A program made the position numbers and the translations under genes. The notes below the pieces were generated by a model. It saw only the letters and a program-made list of their open reading frames with translations. It ran no database searches and was not told the origin of the DNA. Positions 48,114-61,566 of a DNA stretch of 64,000 nt are shown here, in pieces. Source of the stretch: Podarcis gaigeae (taxonomy: Eukaryota); assembly GCA_964106915.2 (NCBI GenBank), contig OZ066921.1. The stretch is one strand, 5' to 3'. Position 1 is the stretch's first letter; each line of letters begins with the position of its first letter.

Positions 48114-49462
48114 CTGCAAGGAAGGAAGGAGGAGAACATCAGGGTCCAGGAGATACCAAGGAGGAAGTGGGGAGGGGGAAAGGCCATCTAAGTAAATGGT
48201 TGTAGAGCATCTGCTTTCAATGCTGAAGATCTCAAGTTCAATCCCAGACATTTCCAGTTTGCCTGGGAAAGACTCTGTTCTCCTTTCTGGAACCCTGAAG
48301 AGCCTCTGCCAGTCAGTGCAAACAGTACTGAGCTATATGGACCAACTGCCTGCCTGTGGTATATAGAGCAGTTTAATGCTCCTACGAGGGAGACTGTCCA
48401 AACTGATGTCTGTAAAAACTTTAGTACTTTTACTCATAATAAGGGAGGCTGTCTGACAAAACACTCCATGTATTTTTTTACTGTTTCTTTTTATTTTGTC
48501 TGTTTTACTTTCTCTCTCTCTCTCTTCTTTCTTTTTTATTGTCCCTTTTTGTGTGTGTTTTTATTCTTTGTTTTTCCTCCTTTTTTCCTTCTTTGGAGTC
48601 GTATGTTTGGAGCCTTTATTAAGGTCCAAAGACTGTATGTGATGGGGTGGTCGATGGTCAGTGGAGGACCCTGGGTGAGAGAGAGTGAAAGGTCGGTTTC
48701 TCAGGGTGAGAAGCTGGGAGGAGAAAGGAAAGATCCCAGGTGAGAGCTGGGAGGAGCTGCTGTCCTCTGTGGGTGGTAAAGGCTAACAATTAATTTTAAG
48801 TGAGGGCTCTGTATTCTACTTATTCAATTTGTATCTTTTGTAGTTGTAATTTTACTGTATTAGAGAAAATTTTAATATATTTATTTTTAGAAAGACCTAT
48901 AAAAAACCAAAACACTTTATGAACATGGGCCTTCTTCCTACAAGGCCTTTGGCTAGAATTTTTCAGCCACCTGCTTTGATGCATATTGATTCATTCTGTC
49001 CTTCGTGACTGAATGCCACCCTCCTGTTGTACTTACTGATCTTGCAGCCTGCTTGCATTAGAAAGCTCCCACCTATCTGAGCTGCCCTTTTGTCCCTTTG
49101 CCCATCAATGCCCCCTGCCTTTCTTAGCCCTTGCAATTGTGAGCTGGCAGGCACTCTTTGGTAACAGATGCAGAATCGTGGCTTCTGAGAGCAATAATGT
49201 TTGTTCCTATGCATTTGCTTGATTCATCGTGGGGCGGGCAGAATCTAGGTTTCCTTAGTGCATAATTTATTCTTTTACTCAAGTGCATAAGCATCAACCT
49301 CTGCCTTACACCCCCATCCATCCATCCATCCATCCATCCATCCATCCATCCATCCACTCTGTCTGGTATTGGCTGGCAAGTCAATGTGGGTGGGGGAACT
49401 GCCCAAGATCAGTGAGTACTAGCCCCTTGCCCTGTCTACCTTCTCCAGCATGCCCACCTCAC

Positions 49463-49656
49463 CTGAGCTTCTGCTGCACGAGAGCAGCCGTCCTGCGACT
49501 TTGTCTCCTCTTCCCACATTCCTTGTAGCTGCGGTAGAACTGCTGGATTAGGACAGCAGCTCTCCGGCTCTGCTGGAATTTCTTCTGTTCGTAGTAGCTT
49601 CGGAATTTGCTCTGGATGAGGATGGCAGCTTGTATCATCTTTTTATAAAGTGCATA
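49463..49656 (-). CDS. CAMTA1: CAMTA1 IQ exon YALYKKM...QKLR, copy 2
   Basis: Matches 19612-19805. Confidence 0.95.
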
Positions 49657-51764
49657 CTGCAAGGGGAAGAGAGAGAAAGAGAGAGAGAGAGAGAGACAAA
49701 GGCTGAAGCACTCCCAAAGGCAAAAATAACAGTCACTCAGGGGAAAATCCAGAGATGGGCACAGAAGAATTTCACTGCAATAACAGAAAAAGTATCCTCC
49801 TGCTTTTACTAAGCAGGGCAGGCACATAATAGGGGAAAAGACTGCACCTATAAATTCCATTCCTTGTTACCCTTAACCCCCCTCCCCTCCACTAGTTCTC
49901 CACACAAAGCAGCTCAATCCCTTGAGGATGGGCAGCTGAATATGCAAAAAAGGCTCTGCCCTGAAAATGCAGAATGTATCTCAACGCAAGGTGGATCATC
50001 TGTGGCAGGCCTTCCACATCTGTTACTCATCTCTGGATGGTGCACATGTATGTTCCACAAACTGGAAACTGACTGGACTGAGACTTTTAGGAAATATTAA
50101 TGTTTCCCAATTAAGAGTGATTTCTATGGACAATGACAAAAGTATTTCAATTACTCCTCAGAGTATGGGGGAATTTTTTATTTTTTAAAAAATCTAATCT
50201 GCTCTAAGACTTGGTTTCCATTTATTGTGTATGTGTAAGAGACAGAGAAAGCACACAAACCTGCACACTAGGCCAAATACTTCACCAATTTTCAACCGGA
50301 TAGCGGGCTGTTTCAAACATCATGCTATGCGGTTGGTCATGTTTAACATGAATGGGCAGCATCCAATGCAAGGGTGGACAACATTTCCAGCTCCGTGGGC
50401 CAGGCCCCCATTGACCAGCTTTGACAGGTAGGTGAGGACAACCCACATGTCAATCAAATGATGTCATAATGATGTCATATGGGTTATCCCACTTGCACCA
50501 GGGAACCCATGTACAAAGTGGTCTGCAAGCCCTGAGCAGCTGATCCAGCAGGCTTTCATTCTCTCACCCAACAGCTGATGCACAGGAGAACTGACGCCTG
50601 TTTTCCCTTGGCATTGTACAATTAGGGTTTCCAACCTGCCTGGAGCCAAGAGGAACCATGAGCCTTGGTTTAATATTACGTGCAAACCAGCGCCACACAG
50701 AAAAAGTGGGCTCTGTGGCTACTTGACACACAAGGCTTGCCACCATGCTAGACTGGGCCAATGGTTGATCTAGCCCCTACTGTCTGACACATGGGTCACT
50801 GAATGGAGAAACTGGGCAAGATGAAGCTGCCACTCCTTGTTTCCTGGCCGCATAAGCTACCTCTTGGGGGTAGAGTGCCTCTAAACCAGCAAAGTGTACA
50901 GAACAGTTGGTGTTTGTGACTGAGGAATCTCTCCCCGCTGCTCTACCCTAACCCACCGCCAAATTGTGCTTGAACCTTTCCCCGCAAATTGCCAAATCTG
51001 CACTGCTGCCAGATGATGTTCTCTCTCAATTCTCCTAATCAAGGAAGCAAACTGGTACGTTCTCCATATGGGGAGCAGTTTAGGGGGTCACCACACTTGT
51101 AGGTGAAGGAAGAAGGTGCTGGGAAAGAGGGGATAGGAGAGGACTCAGGCCCCCATTCTGGCCCATCCTTGGCAAATTCTGCGTGCCTGTGAAATGGTAG
51201 GAATGGAAGGCCAGTGTGCCAAACTGGAGGTGGGCTTCCAGGGACCAGACAACTTCCCTGAATTTTCAGCTTTCATTTTAAAATTTAAAAGCACCTAGCC
51301 CACTTCAATTATATAAACTTAAAGGAAAATGGGCAGGCTGTTTCTGAGCCAGTTTCTTTCCCTGCCGTCCAGAGCTTTGGCCGTTGAGTGTAAAAACATA
51401 CAAATGAAAAAGCTAAGGAAATTAAATCAGACTTCATGATTTTAACAACTTTAAATTTAACCTATTTAGCTACTTGTAGAAGTCCTTCCTTGCTTTGAGG
51501 TGATTTGCGGTCTCTCCCTCTGGCATGCACCCCAAGTGTAACTCCCTCCCCAGCAAATTCTGTGGTGCCAGGCAAGGCTCTGAAGATGTTCCCCTTTCAT
51601 AAGGGACAGGTTGCCATTCATAACAAAGCAGGACTGCTGGCATGCATGCTCCACAGCAGGATGCAACCCACGTGTGCTCTAACAAAATGGACAGACCCTC
51701 TCCTTGGCTTGCAATGAAAGTGAAAAGCTCATGAGCCCAAATGCTGGGCGTTTTCAGTCATTAC

Positions 51765-51785
51765 CTTCAAGGCTATCCAAGTAAG
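51765..51785 (-). CDS. CAMTA1: CAMTA1 21-nt microexon LTWIALK, copy 2
   Basis: Matches 21914-21934. Confidence 0.9.
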
Positions 51786-53271
51786 CTTGGGAGGGGGAGA
51801 AACAGAAAATACAAGATTAACGTTCAACGGCCTGCCATGTCAGTCATCATCAGCACAGAGTGAGGGACTCTGCCTCCTTAGGAGACCTGGGTGCCTCCAG
51901 AAGAGATTCTCTCAAAGCAAATGGGTGCTGCTGGAGGCCAACAGCCACATTAAGGTTCACCCACAACAGGGAGGGAGGAGGGTGTGCAGTTGCTGCTGCA
52001 GCAGCAATTCCATGGGGAGTCCTGCTGTGGGGTGAATGTAAGATGGCTGGGAAAGGGCTCTTTGCTTGGGAGCCTGCAGAGTTGAGCTTTACCAATTTCC
52101 TCAGAAAAAGCTCTGCCATTGGTGGTTGAGAACTTAGCCTAAATATGTGGGCCACTGCCAAGCCTCTGAAGGAAGCCATTCCTCAGCTTTTGTTTTTAGA
52201 GATTCTCTCTCTTTCCTGCCTTGAAAGTTAAACACCACAGCAATACCCCAACTTTATTGGCTATTGGGGACAGCTGCAGCAACATAACATGGAAATAAAC
52301 CAGCTCTCGCCCTCTCTCTGTGGTGAATCTCAAGCAAAACCAGTGGTTGACAATGGCTAGGATCCAAAGTGCTGTGCAAACTGAGCAGATATCTTTAGAG
52401 TCCTTCTCATAACCTCTGCTGCTCTACATTATGACACCACAGCATGAAGCATGGCAGTTTGGAAACAAAAGCAGGTTGCTGGCGGCTACAGTAAATACAG
52501 CTACATACTTGATGTATGCAACACCTAAAAAACTACCAGAATCTCAGGGCTTCAAGGCAAAAAAGGGCCATCAACGTGTGTTCGAAACTGTTCCTGGGCT
52601 GTTCAGATGGCAAGCTGGGGTGAAGATTGCTGAACTAAATGGGGTTGGGGACTAGCATGTCAGACAGATGGCTGGGATAGAATATTTCCCCCTGATAGCA
52701 GATTTCCTAAAGTCCTTCTTATACATTCCTTTCCACATAAAGAGGGCCCTGTCCTCCCTCACAACCTATCTGGCCCATTAGCTCCCATACCTTGCCACCA
52801 CCTTGAATCTGTACATTTACTCAAATACAGAAAAAATGCAAGTTAAGCTTCCATGCACATATTTACAGAAGTTTGACTCAACACATTGATCTGGGGGATT
52901 ACTCTGAGGCTTCAGGTGGAGAGGAAAGGATGAACAGGACTGAGGTCTAACAAGCTTTTTAAAAAAGTGTCATGCTATTGATTCCCACCACAACGTGTGG
53001 TCTGAGATGGTGCTGAAACTCTTTGACCATACAATGAGCTGTTGGATCAGAGGGCCTCTCTCTTTGGGGTGCTTAATTTTTTCACAAGAGGTGTGAGGCA
53101 AAGGAAGCAGGAGTAACCCAGGCTCCCTCACCTGTGGAGGCTGAAACTTGGGCACACTCCATCTTTGAAACTTCTGAAGTAGCTCTCTGCTGAGTTATAA
53201 GAAACAAAGCAGTCCAGGGTGGCTTCTCACACTTGCCTGGTGGTACTAATATAAAGCCATCTGCAGCTCAC

Positions 53272-53343
53272 CTGTTTGTATTTCCGGTAACAACGCTGAA
53301 TGACAGCAGCGGCCACTTCCTGTTGCTCCCGGAGGGGGCGTCC
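53272..53343 (-). CDS. CAMTA1: CAMTA1 exon GRPLREQ...KYKQ, copy 2
   Basis: Matches 23421-23492. Confidence 0.95.
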
Positions 53344-53936
53344 CTGCAAGGGAAGGGGACAAATGGTAGAGGTAACGGGACTGCAAGCAGGACCTGAGTG
53401 CCACAGCATATAAGTGCAACTGCGTCAAGGCTATAGATTGTTCTCTGAATACCTCAGAGAAGCACCCTGCGAGAACTGGAACTCAAAGCATGGAAAGAAG
53501 TGTGGCAAAGAACATCAGGCTGCCCAATGCAGAAGCCTCTGGAGCACCACCTGACACAACCATGAAGTGTATTTTCCTGCTCCTGCCAGTGACAGCTCAT
53601 GTTTTGTAGTGGGGAAACAAACACTACAGGAGAACATAGAGCAAACTGAACCATGTATTTGCAGCATCAGCAGGGGAGGAGGGCACCTCCCTTGAACCTT
53701 CCTGGGCCATTTTTGTTGCTGCCCCCTTTAACACATGCAGGGGCAGATTGGACAATCATGTACCAAACACCAGCCCTGGGCTTCCACTTCACTTGCTACT
53801 GTGCTCTAAAGTAACTTATTTCTGTCAGCTGGCATCGGAGTGCCACTGATTCCAAAGGGAGGTTTGGAGACTTCCATGCACCCCTGATGCCATTTCCCTG
53901 CACCCACCCCTACCAACAGCGACTTCTGCCCTTCAC

Positions 53937-54183
53937 CTTGTATTTCCTGAAAACCGTCTGGACCAGCTTGGCAGCCTCGTAGAGCTCTCTCTGCTCGTGA
54001 TCGGAGAGGGTCAGCTGCGCAAACTCGTTTTCGACTTTCTCGCTGGTGGAGGCGCTTAGGAATTCTGTCCAGTCTGTTGCCGAAGGGAGGCTGGGCTTCT
54101 CAAAAGCCATTTCATTGACTGGTGAGCTTGCAGGGCTCAGGCTGGTGTTGGAAGAAGGGGTCAGGGGTCCAATGTACAGGCTT
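53937..54183 (-). CDS. CAMTA1: CAMTA1 exon SLYIGP...FRKYK, copy 2
   Basis: Matches 24086-24332. Confidence 0.95.
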
Positions 54184-54891
54184 CTGCAAAAAGAGGCACA
54201 GGGGGAAGAGGGTCATAGCTGCACAGACACCAAGACATGCTGGCTGGCTGGAGAAAAAGAACAAATCCAGGATTTGGTTCAGATTAAGGGTGGGGAGGGA
54301 CAAGTGAGTTGGTCACATTTGAGCCATACAGTGAAAGCACATGGTTTCCCCAAAGAATCATCGGACTGTAGTTTACCTCCTTACACAGCTATGATTCCCA
54401 GCACCGTTAAACTACACTTCACCCTCTCTGAGGCAGGGGCTAAGGCTTGGTGACCCAGAATGCACCAACCCTTGTTGAAACAGCATGAAAACATGCTGCA
54501 TGCTTACTATTTAGCATTCCAGTGATATTTATCTCACAGTACTTGAGGGTTAAGGGTTGAAACTTTGTTGTAACTAGTTAACTTGCTCCACACCCAGCGA
54601 ACCTGAATGGAACCTGTCTCAGGGATGTTCTGAATCTTTACTGGCTTGACTCAGAAAAACAAAGTGGATTAATTTTAGCTGCTGTAACCCAAAATTCAGA
54701 AATGAACTAAAGCATCTAACAGCTGGGCACTGGGTAGGAGATCCCCCCCCCATATGGCAGCACCAGCAGCAACAAGGAGCCCCCCTTTTGCCTGGTGGGT
54801 TTTCAATTTCGCAAGGTGAGGGCCAGAAAAGTCAATATGGGCCAGCGGGCATCACAAGCTTGATCAGTCCTGGTAATACAAGGCCACAGAC

Positions 54892-55079
54892 CTTATTTGA
54901 GCAGCACTTGGTAAATGGTCGACATCCGCGAGGTAACTGGCCAGCCAGCTCATTGAAGTGCTAATGGTGGCGCTCTCCGTCCTCTCGGCTGGTGGCGCCT
55001 CCATTGGCACAAAGTTTTCCCGCTTGATCCTCTCTGGGGTCGCTTCGATGATGTGCTCTGCCAGAGTCATCATGGTCAC
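54892..55079 (-). CDS. CAMTA1: CAMTA1 exon VTMMTLAEH...QIR, copy 2
   Basis: Matches 25037-25224. Confidence 0.95.
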
Positions 55080-57029
55080 CTGTGAAGTGAGAAGGAAAGC
55101 TTTTCAGGGGCATGTGGGTGGAGGCAAGGCGAGAACAGCACTTCCCACCATCTCCCTTCCTGTTGGGTCCCAGAACCTGCTCCTGTCAGACCGAGGAGGA
55201 ACGCTGTACATAAAATGCTTTTGCTTGGGTTTTGAAGGTAAAAAGTATTCTGCAATTGGCAAAGGTCAAGGCCTTGTCCCATTAAACGACGTTGCAAGCC
55301 TGTTTAGCAGTAGCTGGTGATGACAAGAGAATCTTATTATGCTTGGTTCAGGTAAATTCATTCTGATTGGTCTGTGTGGCTGACAGCAGACTCTGATTGG
55401 CTGGAGATTCTCATCAGTTGGGAGTTAAACGTCAGTTGGGCCCCATTTGCCCTCTACATTTAAACCATTTTAAACTGTCATGGCTTCACTCAAAGCATCA
55501 TGGGAACTGCAGCTTGCGAAGGCTGCAGAGAGTTGTCAGAAGACCTATTCCCCTCACAGGGCTATAATTCCCAGAATGGTTTAAGAGTCAGTCCCTCTTC
55601 CCAGGAAAACTCTGGGAATTGAAGCTCTGTGAAAGAGGGGGAAAGGGGTGTTCTAATAAGTCTCTGCACTTTTATCAAACTTAACTGTTCTTGGGATTCT
55701 TTGGGGGAAGAAGCCATGCCTGTTTAAAGTCACATTTTGGTGCTTTAAATGTATCATGCAGGTTGGGTCTTAAGAAAGAGTCCGTAGAATTTTGACAGTT
55801 GAGGGAAAAGGAGATCAATAAGAGGTGTGTGAAGAAAAGACAAGAGAAAGAAAGCTGAGGCATAAATACTATTGCCCAGTGTGTTATTAATACTCATTTG
55901 ATGACAATGAAGGGAAGGAAGTTAGCTTGAGAGGCTGCCCTGTGTCAAGGTCTTCCTCTCACAAGCGGGTTTTTGAAGTTGACCAAACAGTCCAAACAGC
56001 CAGGAGTATAGTTTTCCCCCAGGAGCTGGAGTGGGTGGTGGGCAAATTTGTATGTGGTGGATGTTTAAGGAATTTGGGTTGAGGTGAAAGAGGCTGGGGT
56101 CAGCAACAGCAGCACTTTGTGAGTCTTCAGAAAGTGTCAGCAAGCACCTTTTAGACCCCTTTGCAAATATCCATATTTCTCTCAGGCACACAGCATTCCC
56201 CTTAAGAAGCCAGACATCTTAGTCAGGAGTTCATCCTGTCTCTAGTGTAAATGTCCACCTCACCCCTAAGCTGGCTATATCAGCTGTTGAAAGCTGTTGA
56301 ACAGCTGTTGAAAGCTGTTCTGAGTGTGTTGGTAGAAGTGGGAAATAAAAGCAGCACAGCTACCTAAACCTTTGTTTATTATACCACCAAGGCTGAGGGA
56401 ATTGGGTTCCGTGATAGTCAGCCGTAAAAGCAGAGCCTCCCAGTCCCTCAGAATAGCAAGGAGGGCTGACATAGAATATTTTAAATGGTCAGGGAATATC
56501 GCCTGACCCACCTTGGCCTTTTTTGCTCTACTGAGGGCCACATGCAGTGGACAGACCCCTTGCCCTCTTTTACACTCACATACATGCTAATAGACACCAA
56601 TTCTTTCCTCCTATCCTTATTTATTTCAGGTGTTTCTATTCCAGGCCAGGTTCAAGGTTCTTCTGCTGATATACAACACCTTGAGCAGCTTGGGCCCAGG
56701 GTACCTTGAGGACTGTTTGAACCTTCATATATCCCAGCCTGATCACTGAGATTATCCAGGTGAGCACTGCTAGTTGCTCCCCCATGTTACAGAAGCCCAA
56801 TGGGCCTCAACCAAAAATTGGGAGTTTAAGTGCCCCAGGTTCCATGCTGTGGAATACTCTTCCAGTAGAGATTTGGCAACGACATTCTCACTTCCACCTT
56901 TTTCATGACTTTTTAAAAAAATGTTTAAACCACCTCTTGCATAGCTAGTCATTTTAATGATTGTTTTGTTTGCAGTGCTTTTGATATTGGATGGTTCACT
57001 CCCCTGGTGTGTGTTTTATGAAGGCTCAC

Positions 57030-57544
57030 CTGCAGGTCATCCATGTGATGCAAGCAGTCCTCACTTTCTGTGCCGTCTCGGAAGGAGAGGAGCTCTGCGT
57101 CAGCCACCTCCCGCTCCGCCATCATCAGCACGCTCATCTGCTCCCGCGGATGGAGCCGCTGGGCCCCTGAGTCCTTCCCCAGCGCCAGCCCCTTGGGGCT
57201 GCCTGCCACCTGCATCGCAGGCACGCCAATATACGCCTCCTTTGGGCTCCACTTGGCCCCTGCCTGTGTGCCGGAGCCGTGGTAGCCAGCCACTTCGGAG
57301 ACAAGCTCCCGCGCATAGTCCCGCACCCCATGCCTGGGGCTGATTGTCTCTGGGAGGGATTGCTTAGCACTGGAGCTTGGCTTCCGGGCACTCGGCTGCT
57401 CCAGGCTCAGGGCGGTGGAAAGAAGCTTCTCCTGCCGAGCAGAGAAGTAGTCGGGGTTCAGTTTGTGTTTTTTGGGCGCGGGGTACTCCTTCTGGCTCTC
57501 GCTGCTGTAGTAACTGGAGGGCTCGGACCGGGGCCGCCTCAGCT
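57030..57544 (-). CDS. CAMTA1: CAMTA1 exon (E)LRRPRSEP...DDLQ, copy 2
   Basis: Same translation as 27175-27689. Confidence 0.95.
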
Positions 57545-58447
57545 CTGGAACCAAACAGAAGACAAGTGAGGATTCAGCCATGCAAGTGTGCATGTGCATG
57601 CACTGCTCCCATGAAATGTGCCCTGCGTTCACTCTGCCAAAGGAACAATGAGGCTCTGGAGCCCTGGCAAGCAAGTGTCCAAGCTGGGGAACAGCAGAGC
57701 ACCTCTGCACCAGCTCTGTATGGAGACGCACGCAGGCCCTCTCCTTATGACAGAGGGGGCAGGCACCGTAGTTTCCCCACATATGTGAATAGCATCCCGG
57801 TGTTAAAGGACACATTTGGTGGACACTGTTGAGAGGGAGCAGAGCTGGTCTCTAAACTGGCCTCATCCTGAGTCTGTTTCTAGATCATAACAGGAAGGCA
57901 AGGGTCTAGTTGTGATAAACCAAGAGGACTCAATCACCTGCACTGGAGAACAGAACTTGTTAAGCTGGGGTACATAGAGGGGCTTGTGCCTGTGTTCTGC
58001 TGTTGCACTGCCCCTTCCCTCCTCAGTACCAGATGTCAGGTGTAAAGTAACCATAGCTTCCCATTCCATATAAACCAGGAAACCATGGTTGCCAGGGCTG
58101 GCCCAAACCAGGTTCTGAAACCACAGTAGAAGTTTGTCTCAAAATCTGGTGTGCCCCCACCCTAGTAACCAGCATTTCCCGGTTTGGACAATAAGGAAAT
58201 AATGGTTAACCCCTGAAGTCTTCATGGTGTGCAGCAAGAGCAGAAGAAAGAAGTAGATGGAGCCAGCAGGTAGAAGCTTTGTGCATAGCTCAGCTTATTG
58301 AGCCAGGATACTGACGTCCAAAGTTAGCCACTGTGTGATCGTCCTAAGTTTCTGGGAAACAAATGAAGGAGGAGGAGAATGGGCCAAACCTTTTCTCCAA
58401 GGAATGTGATGGAGGCCTTTCAAACAAAAACAACAACAACATCCTAC

Positions 58448-58763
58448 CTGTATTGGAATTGGAAACCACGGTGACTCCCTTCTGGGGCTCCTGAGAGGCC
58501 ACCATCTCACTGTGCCACTGGGCGATCCAGTTCTCACTGCTGGGTTCCTCATGCGAAGGACAGGGGATCCGGGGGGTTTGCCTGAGTTGGGCTTGCTCCT
58601 CCCGCTGCAGGTGCTCGAGGCACTCGGCCAGCTTCACGTGGCCCCGAGAACGAGCAATAGCCAAGGGGAGCCTCCCGAGGGAGTCGGGGATGGAGATAGC
58701 GCGGCGGTCCCACTTGTAAAGGACAACAGCTGCATCCATGTGGCCCAGCGCGCATGCCCACAT
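58448..58763 (-). CDS. CAMTA1: CAMTA1 ankyrin exon MWACALGH..., copy 2 (I>V variant)
   Basis: As 28594-28909 except c58466 vs t28612 (KGVTVVSN vs KGVTVISN). Confidence 0.95.
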
Positions 58764-59107
58764 CTGGAAGAAAAAAGAAGTTGGGTGGGCAAGGAAGAAA
58801 AGGAGAGGGGACTGTGGCAGAGTACAGGACCCACTCAAAGAACCATCTGTTTGTAGGCTTGTCAAGTCTTGGTGTGTGCACTCCAGGATATGACAGCTCC
58901 ATTGTTTCACATTCAAGTCTCTTGGAGTTGGACACAGCTGGCAAGCCTACTCCATCACATATGCTCAGGGAAAGGGAGTGGCATGTTAAGGATGCAAAAC
59001 TTGTGCAATGATCCCAGTGGGAAACTCATGCCACCCTCTCCCTGGTTACCACAAGCTGCAAAGAAAAGTGACTTTGAGCACCTCGTGGGCAGGCCGTGGC
59101 TACTTAC

Positions 59108-59186
59108 CAGCGGTGTGCAGGAGAAATGATCCACGTTCAAGGGGTCCACTTCCAGCTCTAGGTCGATGCTGTCAGCATGCTTGGTA
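59108..59186 (-). CDS. CAMTA1: CAMTA1 exon TKHADSID...TPL, copy 2
   Basis: Matches 29254-29332. Confidence 0.95.
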
Positions 59187-60062
59187 CTGGGGGCCCAAGA
59201 AGGAGAGTAGTCATTTGGGGCTGCTTACTCAGGTGAGGGGGGAATCTTTGCCCCCCCCAATGTGGGTGGCAGCTCGACTGTGGTGCTTTTTTTTTTATTA
59301 AGTTACTTGCAAAAAAAATTGTACTTTTGAGTTACATATTGAAGAGGGGGAAATAATAAACTAAACATCCTCCCTAGCACCCCCCTTTTACCCCACCTAA
59401 AGACATAGTTTAGATCTAAATAATAACAGTAAAGTTTGTATAAGCACTGGAGTGGAGAGAGTCCGAAGGTTGCTGATGTCAATATAAAGAAAAATCTTTT
59501 TTTTACAGAAAGTGCCATTTCCCAAATTACACTGTACCATTTTAATACATTTAAACACTTTGCTTCTTTCCAGTTTCTGGCTAGCAATGTTCTTGCTGCC
59601 ATTTACTAAGTCTTAGTTCGTCTCTGCTGAATACACCTAAAAATGTTATTTCCAGTGGTTTCTTTCTTCTTCTTTTTTACAGGTTTTCCCAGTATTTTTG
59701 TTACTTCTACAAATATTTCATCCCAGAACTAGGCAACTTCAGCACTTTACCACCACATGTGTATGAAGGAACCATGAACTGGACTTCCCCTGCAGCACGC
59801 AGCTGAGTAGGATTTTAGTGCTTTTTTAAAAAAAGGCATTAAATGCCATTTTTGTATTATTTTCAAATAATTTTATTTTAGTCTTGAATTTGTTTTGCAA
59901 AAGGGGTAGTCAACTAGTCACTTGGGGGCTTCAACAGCCCTTAAGGGGTTCCTACCAAGTCCCCAGGACAGCTCTGAACCCCAGGAGCTGCCTCCTCCTA
60001 TGTAAGTGGCATAGCCAAGTGCCCACCCCCAGAACCTGCCCCTGCACCCCCCGGGTTCTTAC

Positions 60063-60259
60063 CGCCATTTAAGGAGAGTCTGGATGAGGGTCGCATAGCC
60101 CTGGGCTGCTGCCAGGTGCAGGAGGGTCATCCCCCGGAAGGTCTTGGAGTGGATGAGGTGCTTGGATTTGGCCCAGCAGGCCCTGCTCATCATCTTCTCA
60201 CACACAACCACCACACGGCTCTCAAAGCAGTTCCCCAAGGTGGCTGCCCCTGAGATGCA
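60063..60259 (-). CDS. CAMTA1: CAMTA1 exon CISGAAT...KWR, copy 2
   Basis: Matches 30209-30405. Confidence 0.95.
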
Positions 60260-60797
60260 CTGCAAGGGAGAGATGCACTGGGCTCAGGGGCTAGCTCTCA
60301 GGAGAGCAAACCAAGCAGTGTGGGCAGAGAGGGAGCAGAGTCTAAGGCTTCTTAATGGATTTTGCTATGAACAAATGATAGCTTGAAGGGGGGGAAGAGT
60401 CTGTCCTCAAACAGCTGGGGCTTGTTGCTCTGTGCTATGAATGGGTTATGTCCCTCAAACATGGGAAAACACAAGGAAGTGCAAGTCTGAGCTTGTGAGA
60501 AAGGACCAGGCTGCCAGCTAGGACACTCCCTGTGCTTGTCTTCAGGACCATTTCAGCCTTCCCCAAGAATACAGCTGGGAAGGGCCCAGGGAGCTAATGC
60601 GGAAGATACTCTGGTTGTTGTTGTTGTTTTTAAACTGCCTATGCATTATTTTCCCTCTTCAGAATGAGCAACCAATTACACTAACTACAATATTAGTGGC
60701 TCTCATTTCTAAGCCTTTTAGCTTCTTTAATTTCCACATAGTAGCACATATCTCTCCTTACTCGTTGTCTTCAAGGGGCAATTGATAAACTGAAAAA

Positions 60798-61187
60798 GGT
60801 CCATAGCTCAGTGCTGAAGCAGCTGCTTTGCATGCAGAAGGTCCCTGGTTCAATCCTCAATGGCATCTCCAGGAAGAAACCCTCCCTGAAACTGTGGAGA
60901 GCCACCAACAGTCAAAACCGAGCTAAATGAAGCAATGGTCTGCTTTTTGCACCCAAAATGGACTGTGAATTTTCATGATCAACACTGAACATAGAAGATA
61001 AATAGGAAGCTGCCTTTCATTGAGTCTGACCATTGGTTCATCTAGCTCAGTACTGTCGACACTGACTGGCAGCAACTCTCCAGGGTTTCAAGCAGGAGAC
61101 ATTTCCAGCCCCACCTTGGAGATATCATAGGAGATTGAGCCTAGAACCTTCAGCATGCAAAGGATGGGCTCTACCACTGACCTACGG
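60798..61187. mobile_element. Inverted pair of tRNA-derived SINEs, duplicate of 30944-31333
   Basis: Matches copy 1 with 2 substitutions. Confidence 0.7.
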
Positions 61188-61417
61188 TGGGTGGTCCAGC
61201 ATCATGGAGCACAAAGCCTCTACCTTAAATGTTCCCCTCCTCCCAGTCGGTACTGGTGGTTTTTTGTTTTGCACCATCAGCAGCCACTTCAAAGTCAAGA
61301 GGAAGGAGGAAACCTCTCTAGAGTGGCACAAAAGTCTGAAGAGACTGCAAAAGTCTCTTGAATGTAAAGTACTCCTGTGGGGCACCCAGGAACACAGCCA
61401 GGGGGCTCAGCATGTAC

Positions 61418-61566
61418 CTGTGCTTGGCTACCTCCATTGCCGCTGCCGTTGCCCCCACCACCACCTACGCCTTGCTTGTGCTGCTGCTGCTGGGACCCAG
61501 TCATTTCGGCCATCCTCCGCTCCATCTGCTCAAGTCGCTCCAGGATAGACATCCTGAACTGGTTCT
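61418..61566 (-). CDS. CAMTA1: CAMTA1 exon (E)NQFRMSILERLEQ...SQAQ, copy 2 (contiguous with upstream unique intron)
   Basis: Matches 31564-31712. Confidence 0.96.
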